DNA of 64,000 nt. Source: Chitinophaga pinensis (GTDB lineage Bacteria > Bacteroidota > Bacteroidia > UBA4408). The stretch is taken from the NCBI GenBank assembly GCA_945861665.1, contig CAMAVS010000002.1, forward strand, positions 143,527 through 207,526. Direction: 5' to 3'. Numbering within the stretch: the stretch's first letter is position 1; every line of letters begins with the position of its first letter. Of the stretch, positions 57,950 through 64,000 are shown piece after piece. The notes under the pieces were generated by a model. It searched no databases and was not told where the DNA came from. It was given only the letters and a program-made list of their open reading frames with translations. A program made the position numbers and the translations under genes.

Positions 57950-59950
57950 ATGAAAAAAACAATTACATTACTAACAGCAATGATATTTGCGGCCCTAAGT
58001 GGTTATGCACAATATTATTACATACCAAGTTTAAACCCGGGAATGAACCCTGGTGGATTAAACAATGACATAGAACAACCGGGAGCCACAGGTTGGACGG
58101 TAATTAAGACAGGAGGAAACGCATCTCCTGCTTGGTCCTCAAACGCAGCTGTTCCATTTACATTTAACTTTAATGGAGCACCTGTTACTACTTTTAAAGT
58201 TTCAACTTCAGGCGTTTTAACATTTGACGTAGCTGCTGTAACACCACCGGCTACAAACAACGCAGCGTTGCCAGATGCATCTGTTCCCAACAATTCAATT
58301 TGCGTTTGGGGCTTGGAAGGCAGTGGAGCAAACGATGAAATTCGCACCAAAACATTCGGTGTTGCCCCAAACCGTCAACATTGGATTCAGTTCAATTCTT
58401 ATACAGCTCCAGGTTTTGTTTATTATTCCTATTGGGCAATTATGTTGGAAGAAACAACTAACTCCATTTATATTGTAGATCAAAGAACACCAACTGTAGG
58501 GCCGGTTACACTTTCTGTAGGTATTCAAATTAATAACGCAACAGCAATATCGGTTGCAGGGTCGCCAAATTTGGCAGCGCTTACAGGTCCAACAGATTTA
58601 GATACCCCGGCAGACAATGCGTATTATGAGTTTGCTTACGGAGTTCAAAACACTTACGATACAAAAGGTCAGTCTATTACATTGGCACCCTATCTTTCAT
58701 TGGTAAATGCCCCTTTTTCTATTACAGGAACTTTACAAAACAGAGGTTCGGTAGCGATTACATCAATGGATTTAAATTATTCTATCAATAATGGCGCAAC
58801 AGTAACAGCAAACGTTGCGGCCAACGTTGCTTCAGGAGCAGTGTATTCTTTCACACATCCAACTAGTTGGAACCCGGGTGTCGCAGGTGCTTATGTTGTA
58901 AAATTTTGGGCCTCTAATATCAACAACGGTAATGCCGATCAATATCCTGCGGACGATAATGTTTCAAAAACAATAAATATTGCTACGACATTAGCCCAAC
59001 GAAATGTTCTTTTTGAGCAATTTACAAGTTCAACTTGTGGTCCTTGTGCAAGTGCAAATCCTGGATTTAATGCAATATTAGACAACAATGCTTCAAAATC
59101 CTGCGCGATTAAGTATCAAATGAATTATCCAGCTGTAGGGGACCCTTGCTATACCCAAGAATCTACGGATCGTCACGACTACTATGGTGTAGCCGGGATA
59201 CCACATGTAAATATGACAGGGTTAAAATACAGTGGCCATCCTGCATATGTTACGCAAGCTATGTTAGACAATGATTACGACAACAACCCCGGCTTATTTG
59301 CAATGAATGTTTCCTTTCAAATTACAGGAAGCACACTAACTGCTTATGTAACATCAACCGCTCAAGTTGCAATTGCATCTAATAATTTAAAATTACACGT
59401 TGTGGTAGTTGAGGACCATGTAACCCATTCCCCACAATCAAACGGAGAAACCGATTTTTATGATGTAATGCGAAAAATGTTGCCAAATTCAAGCGGAACA
59501 ACATTGGCAGCACAAATATCTGGTCAGGTAGAAAACAAAACGCTTAACTATACAATTCCTGCCGGTGGTGGCGCTCCAATTGTAAATGGGGAACTGCGTG
59601 TGGTTGCTTTTATTCAAGACAATCTTACTAAGGAAGTTTTTCAAGCAGCGTTTGCGACAGCCCCTAGTAACATAAAAGAACTAACTACAGGAAAAAACTT
59701 CATTGCAGTTTATCCGAACCCTTTTACAAACAGTGCTGAAGTATCTTTCACATTAGAAGAAAGCCAATTTATTAAAATGGAAGTATATAATGTAACAGGG
59801 GAACTTATCGCCTCATCAGACCAAGGTAAATTAAATGCAGGTAGAAATTACATCCAGTTGGATGGGGTAAACTTGTCGTCAGGAATTTACTTTGTAGGCA
59901 TAACTGCAGGTGAGAATACCTACAAACAAAAAGTAATTATTTTGAAATAA
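57950..59950 (+). CDS. T9SS type-A cargo protein with an Omp28-like or thioredoxin-like Cys-containing domain
   Basis: Signal peptide MKKTITLLTAMIFAALSGYAQ. An internal FEQFTSSTCGPCASANP motif. The C-terminus YPNPFTNSAEVSF...GIYFVGITAGENTYKQKVII is a Por secretion tail. Confidence 0.55.
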   Translation: MKKTITLLTAMIFAALSGYAQYYYIPSLNPGMNPGGLNNDIEQPGATGWTVIKTGGNASPAWSSNAAVPFTFNFNGAPVTTFKVSTSGVLTFDVAAVTPPATNNAALPDASVPNNSICVWGLEGSGANDEIRTKTFGVAPNRQHWIQFNSYTAPGFVYYSYWAIMLEETTNSIYIVDQRTPTVGPVTLSVGIQINNATAISVAGSPNLAALTGPTDLDTPADNAYYEFAYGVQNTYDTKGQSITLAPYLSLVNAPFSITGTLQNRGSVAITSMDLNYSINNGATVTANVAANVASGAVYSFTHPTSWNPGVAGAYVVKFWASNINNGNADQYPADDNVSKTINIATTLAQRNVLFEQFTSSTCGPCASANPGFNAILDNNASKSCAIKYQMNYPAVGDPCYTQESTDRHDYYGVAGIPHVNMTGLKYSGHPAYVTQAMLDNDYDNNPGLFAMNVSFQITGSTLTAYVTSTAQVAIASNNLKLHVVVVEDHVTHSPQSNGETDFYDVMRKMLPNSSGTTLAAQISGQVENKTLNYTIPAGGGAPIVNGELRVVAFIQDNLTKEVFQAAFATAPSNIKELTTGKNFIAVYPNPFTNSAEVSFTLEESQFIKMEVYNVTGELIASSDQGKLNAGRNYIQLDGVNLSSGIYFVGITAGENTYKQKVIILK

Positions 59951-59972
59951 TTTTAAATTTATTTATAAAAAG

Positions 59973-59996
59973 GCCCATACAGATTTGTGTGGGCTT
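59973..59996 (+). terminator. Possible weak terminator hairpin after the T9SS cargo gene
   Basis: gcccatac-agattt-gtgtgggc forms an 8-bp stem with one G-U pair. It is followed only by TT, so the U-tract is poor. Confidence 0.3.
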
Positions 59997-60382
59997 CAGC
60001 AGTGAAAGGTCTGGCAAATGCTATTCAACCGGAAGAGTTCACTTACAATGCTATCCACTAAACAACACTTTACTGTTAAACCAGCTTCTGTGATCCCTTC
60101 ATATTTTGCAACACTTATAGGTCTGCCCCCCTCCAAACTTATGTATTTTTATTAATACCGCTATCCTTTAAGTGCAAGTTGTAATAGCTAAGAAGCAAAG
60201 CATAGCGGCGTTTATTTTACAAGCTTTCACAAGCGGGGACAATTATGGCATCCAATATTAAAGCGATAATTTTATTAGGCTTCACTATTGGGATACGGCA
60301 ACAGTAAATTATTACGGCAACTATTATGGCATTATTGACACAATATTTTTAGAATACCTACATACACTAGGTTTGCGAACTT

Positions 60383-61270
60383 TTACCCATTCAGCGCCTC
60401 AGCGCCACCCACAATTTCAAGTATCTCATTGGTGATGGCTGCTTGTCGTGCTTTGTTGTAGGACAGTTTAAGATCTTTTATTAATGAACCAGCATTGTCA
60501 GTTGCTTTATGCATTGCGGTCATACGTGCTCCATGTTCTGAAGCGTGCGAATCGAGCAAGGCTTTGTAAAGCTGTATTTTTAGTAATTTTGGAATTAATT
60601 CTATTACAATAAATTCTTTGCTGGGTTCAAAAATATAATCAATGCTTTGTTTCTTACCCTTGTTGTTTGCTGCAGGTTTTTGCACGGGCAATAATTGTTC
60701 AGTAGCTAAAATTTGTACCGCTGCATTTTTAAATTGGTTATACACCAAAATTACTTTATCAAATTGACCTTTCTCAAATGCTTCCATTACTTTTTCGGCA
60801 ACGGCTGCAACATTATTAAAAGTAAGTTGATCAAACAGTTCGTTTAGTTTTTTGGGCATATCCGAATTCAAAATACCGTAATCGGTTTTTTTGAAAGCGT
60901 CATCCGCCTTTTTTCCTATACTCAGCAAACTTACTTTGCAGTTTTTGTAATCTGTTTTTGCTAAGTATATAGCCCTTTTTACCACATTCGCGTTAAAAGC
61001 ACCACACAAACCTCTGTTAGAGGTAATGGCAATAATCAGTACACTCTTCACATTTCTTTCAACCGTAAAACTTCCACCATCAGAACTTCCCAAACTGGAG
61101 CTTACATTTTCCAACATCTCTTTCAGTTTGCTGGCGTATGGTCGCAATTGAGTAACGGCATCCTGCGCTCTTCTCAACTTTGCAGCACTTACCATTTTCA
61201 TTGCTTTGGTAATTTGCTGAGTCGATGAAACCGATACTATTCTGTTACGTACTTCTTTAAGGTTGGCCAT
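60383..61270 (-). CDS. atpG: F0F1 ATP synthase subunit gamma
   Basis: MANLKEVRNRIVSVSSTQQITKAMKMVSAAKLRRAQ is the canonical N-terminus. Confidence 0.95.
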   Translation of the reverse strand: MANLKEVRNRIVSVSSTQQITKAMKMVSAAKLRRAQDAVTQLRPYASKLKEMLENVSSSLGSSDGGSFTVERNVKSVLIIAITSNRGLCGAFNANVVKRAIYLAKTDYKNCKVSLLSIGKKADDAFKKTDYGILNSDMPKKLNELFDQLTFNNVAAVAEKVMEAFEKGQFDKVILVYNQFKNAAVQILATEQLLPVQKPAANNKGKKQSIDYIFEPSKEFIVIELIPKLLKIQLYKALLDSHASEHGARMTAMHKATDNAGSLIKDLKLSYNKARQAAITNEILEIVGGAEALNG

Positions 61271-61293
61271 TCTTTATATCACTAATTTTTCTA

Positions 61294-62877
61294 CTATGAT
61301 TTCTTGTATTTAGCCGACAATTCTTTTGCTACTTTTTCCAATGTTCCAGTAACCTCATCTGTTAAAAGCCCTTTCTTTAAATCAGCCAATACATTTTTAT
61401 GTTTCAAATCTAAAAATGCAAGAAATTCCGATTCAAATTCTCTTACATTCGCTAAGGGAACACTGCTTAATAAGCCTTTGCTGCCGCAATAAATAATGGC
61501 AACTTGCTTCTCAACACTAACAGGTGAAAATTGTCCTTGTTTAAGGATTTCAACGTTGCGTGCGCCTTTTTCAAGAACCGATTTTGTAGCAGCATCAAGG
61601 TCGGAACCGAACTTAGAAAATGCTTCTAATTCACGGTATTGCGCTTGGTCAAGCTTTAAGGTCCCCGCCACTTTTTTCATCGATTTAATTTGAGCATTTC
61701 CACCTACACGCGATACGGATATGCCTACGTTTATAGCAGGACGTACTCCAGAGTTGAATAAGTTTGACTCAAGGAATATTTGCCCATCGGTAATCGAAAT
61801 TACGTTGGTAGGAATGTATGCTGATACGTCACCTGCCTGTGTCTCAATAATAGGCAATGCAGTAAGTGAACCCCCACCTTTAACAATTGGTTTCAATGAA
61901 TCCGGAAGGTCGTTCATGTTTTTAGCAATCTCATCGGATGCGTTTATCTTTGCAGCTCTTTCAAGCAAACGACTGTGTAAGTAAAATACATCACCCGGGT
62001 ATGCTTCACGTCCCGGAGGTCGTCTTAACAATAGGGAAACCTCACGGTAAGCAACAGCTTGTTTCGATAAGTCATCGTATACAATTAATGCAGGGCGACC
62101 GGTATCGCGAAAAAATTCACCGATAGCAGCACCTGCAAAGGGAGCATAAAATTGCATTGGCGCAGGATCGGAAGCATTTGCAGCAACGATTACCGTATAA
62201 GGCATTGCGCCGTTGTCTGTTAATACTTTAACAATGTTTGCCACTGTCGAACCTTTTTGTCCGATAGCAACATATATACAAAATACAGGATTTTCTGCTT
62301 CGTAAAATTCTTTTTGATTGATGATGGCATCAATACACACTGCTGTTTTACCTGTTTGGCGGTCACCGATAACCAACTCACGTTGACCACGACCGATAGG
62401 AATCATTGCATCAATAGCCTTTATCCCTGTTTGCAATGGTTCGTTTACCGGCTGACGATAAATTACACCAGGAGCTTTTCTTTCCAAAGGCAATTCGTAA
62501 AGTGTACCTGCAATAGGTCCTTTACCATCTATTGGTAAGCCAAGAGTGTCAACCACACGACCTAACATTCCCTCACCTACTTTAATAGATGCAATTTGTC
62601 GTGTTCTTTTTACTGTATCACCTTCTTTAATATCGTTAGAACCACCTAATAATACAGCGCCTACGTTATCTTCTTCCAGGTTTAGAACGATTCCTTTCAA
62701 TCCGTTTTCGAACTCAATAAGTTCTCCGGATTGTACGTTGGATAGTCCGTAAATACGAGCAATACCATCTCCTACTTGCAGTACTGTCCCTACCTCTTCT
62801 AATTCGGCTTGTGATTTTAAGCCGGATAATTGTTGTCTTAATATTGCAGAAACCTCTGCTGGTCTTACTTCCGCCAT
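61294..62877 (-). CDS. atpA: F0F1 ATP synthase subunit alpha
   Basis: Walker A GDRQTGKT, 527 aa, alpha-subunit pattern. Confidence 0.95.
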   Translation of the reverse strand: MAEVRPAEVSAILRQQLSGLKSQAELEEVGTVLQVGDGIARIYGLSNVQSGELIEFENGLKGIVLNLEEDNVGAVLLGGSNDIKEGDTVKRTRQIASIKVGEGMLGRVVDTLGLPIDGKGPIAGTLYELPLERKAPGVIYRQPVNEPLQTGIKAIDAMIPIGRGQRELVIGDRQTGKTAVCIDAIINQKEFYEAENPVFCIYVAIGQKGSTVANIVKVLTDNGAMPYTVIVAANASDPAPMQFYAPFAGAAIGEFFRDTGRPALIVYDDLSKQAVAYREVSLLLRRPPGREAYPGDVFYLHSRLLERAAKINASDEIAKNMNDLPDSLKPIVKGGGSLTALPIIETQAGDVSAYIPTNVISITDGQIFLESNLFNSGVRPAINVGISVSRVGGNAQIKSMKKVAGTLKLDQAQYRELEAFSKFGSDLDAATKSVLEKGARNVEILKQGQFSPVSVEKQVAIIYCGSKGLLSSVPLANVREFESEFLAFLDLKHKNVLADLKKGLLTDEVTGTLEKVAKELSAKYKKS

Positions 62878-62893
62878 TCTTTTATTTTTTAAT

Positions 62894-63451
62894 TTAAATT
62901 TCTTTTATATAAGGGTTTTCACTAAAACTTTGTTTTAATTTTTTTATGCTTCGCACAATGCTGGAGTCCACTTGTTGGTCGCCAATTCGCAAGGTAAAAC
63001 CACCGATAAGATTTTTATCCACCTTTTCAATAAGTTCAATTTCCGATTGTGTGCTTTTTTTAAGAATGTCATAAACTTTTTTTCTTAACTCATCGTCAAT
63101 GCCTATTGCTGTTGTAACAATTGCTTTTTGTATGCCTTTGTATACATCGTACAATTTGCCAAATTGAATTGCGATTCCTCCAATATAAGACTCTCTTCTT
63201 TTTTTTGCAATCAAGGTTAAAAAAGCCAATGAATCATCCGAAACATTGCTCTTGAAAATAGCCTCAAAAATTGCTATTTTTTTGTCAGATTTAACGATGG
63301 GGCTGTTCAGTAAGTTAACAAAATCGCTATTTTTTACGCAGACTTCGGCAATGTATTTCATATCGGAATTTACCTTGTCGAGGTTATTTCTCTCTAAGGC
63401 AAGGTCGAACATCGACTTGGCGTATCTGGTAGCGGCTTTTGTCTCCCTCAT
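62894..63451 (-). CDS. atpH: F0F1 ATP synthase subunit delta (OSCP)
   Basis: The N-terminal [10 protein letters not shown] motif and its position between atpF and atpA. Confidence 0.85.
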   Translation of the reverse strand: MRETKAATRYAKSMFDLALERNNLDKVNSDMKYIAEVCVKNSDFVNLLNSPIVKSDKKIAIFEAIFKSNVSDDSLAFLTLIAKKRRESYIGGIAIQFGKLYDVYKGIQKAIVTTAIGIDDELRKKVYDILKKSTQSEIELIEKVDKNLIGGFTLRIGDQQVDSSIVRSIKKLKQSFSENPYIKEI

Positions 63452-63452
63452 A

Positions 63453-63974
63453 TTAGTTTAATTTAACGTCCTCAAGCAAACTTTTAACCAATGTTTTTTG
63501 CTTTTCGTCATTTGAAAGCTCCGATTTTAAAATCTTTTCAGCTATTTCAATGGAAAGGGTAGCAACCTGATTTTTAATTTCAGTAATCGCAGCCATTTTT
63601 TCGTTATTGATTATTTCACGCGCTGCAGTAATTAATCTCTCAGCCTCCACTACCGCTTTTGTTTTTGCTTCAGCAATAATTGAGTCTTTCATCTCGCGTG
63701 CTTCTTTAAACAATAAGTCTCGTTCCATTCTTGCGTCCTGCAATATTTTCTCATTGCTTGCATTCAGGGACGCCATTTCCTTTTTGGCTTTCTCTGCTGC
63801 ATCCAAGGCATTCTGGATAGAATTTTCCCTTTCTTTCAACGCTTCCAGAATAGGTTTCCACGCAAATTTTTTAAGGATAATGAGGATAGTAAGAAAAGCT
63901 AAAAGAGTCCAAACAATTAATCCATACGATGGACTTAAAAGTGGGCTCATTAAAATAATTCCGAATGTATTCAT
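63453..63974 (-). CDS. atpF: F0F1 ATP synthase subunit b
   Basis: A single N-terminal TM helix followed by a long charged coiled-coil (ILKKFAWKPILEALKERENSIQNALDAAEKAKKEMA). Confidence 0.85.
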   Translation of the reverse strand: MNTFGIILMSPLLSPSYGLIVWTLLAFLTILIILKKFAWKPILEALKERENSIQNALDAAEKAKKEMASLNASNEKILQDARMERDLLFKEAREMKDSIIAEAKTKAVVEAERLITAAREIINNEKMAAITEIKNQVATLSIEIAEKILKSELSNDEKQKTLVKSLLEDVKLN

Positions 63975-64000
63975 TGTGTTTATATTTTATCCACCTGAGC

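Noticed and set aside
1-64000. CRISPR arrays, rRNA or tRNA genes, IS elements, integrases or prophage modules
   Set aside because: No direct-repeat/spacer periodicity, no rRNA or tRNA signature sequences, and no transposase, integrase or recombinase-like ORFs were found anywhere in the window. Composition is uniform.

Overview
This is a 64 kb chromosomal segment from an AT-rich Bacteroidota genome. The phylum call rests on several type IX secretion (T9SS) C-terminal sorting domains, an SprB-repeat adhesin paired with a PorP/SprF gene, a PorZ-like protein and a bacillithiol system. Almost all of the window is densely packed housekeeping genes on both strands. These include pth-rplY-prs, feoAB, mlaEF, nadK, pdxJ, recO, pabB, tilS, trmB, mnmG, folK, mutS and atpF-atpH-atpA-atpG. 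Cell-surface, T9SS-cargo and glycosyltransferase genes are interspersed among them. There are no rRNA or tRNA genes, no CRISPR array, no transposase or integrase, and no obvious compositional island. I did not find a clearly novel multi-gene system. The most unusual local features are listed here. (1) Two gene remnants: a 5'-fragment of dtd abutting an N-terminally truncated SBBP/T9SS-CTD gene at 9.1-9.8 kb, and a frameshifted, 5'-truncated tag (3-methyladenine glycosylase I) remnant at 36.2-36.6 kb. (2) A contiguous, start/stop-overlapping block of SprB-repeat adhesin, SprF, flippase-like membrane protein and GT2. (3) A bacillithiol module (bshC plus a YphP-type bacilliredoxin), and elsewhere a DCC-type thiol oxidoreductase. 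(4) An alkyltransferase-like protein whose active-site Cys is replaced by Ala, and a bacterial SET-domain protein. (5) Long G/C homopolymer tracts (C9, G8) and perfect palindromes in promoter-proximal intergenic DNA. (6) Two gene-free intergenic gaps of about 430 bp (47.57-48.00 kb and 59.95-60.38 kb) that could hold small RNAs. All calls are from manual reading of the supplied six-frame translations and sequence; no database searches were run.
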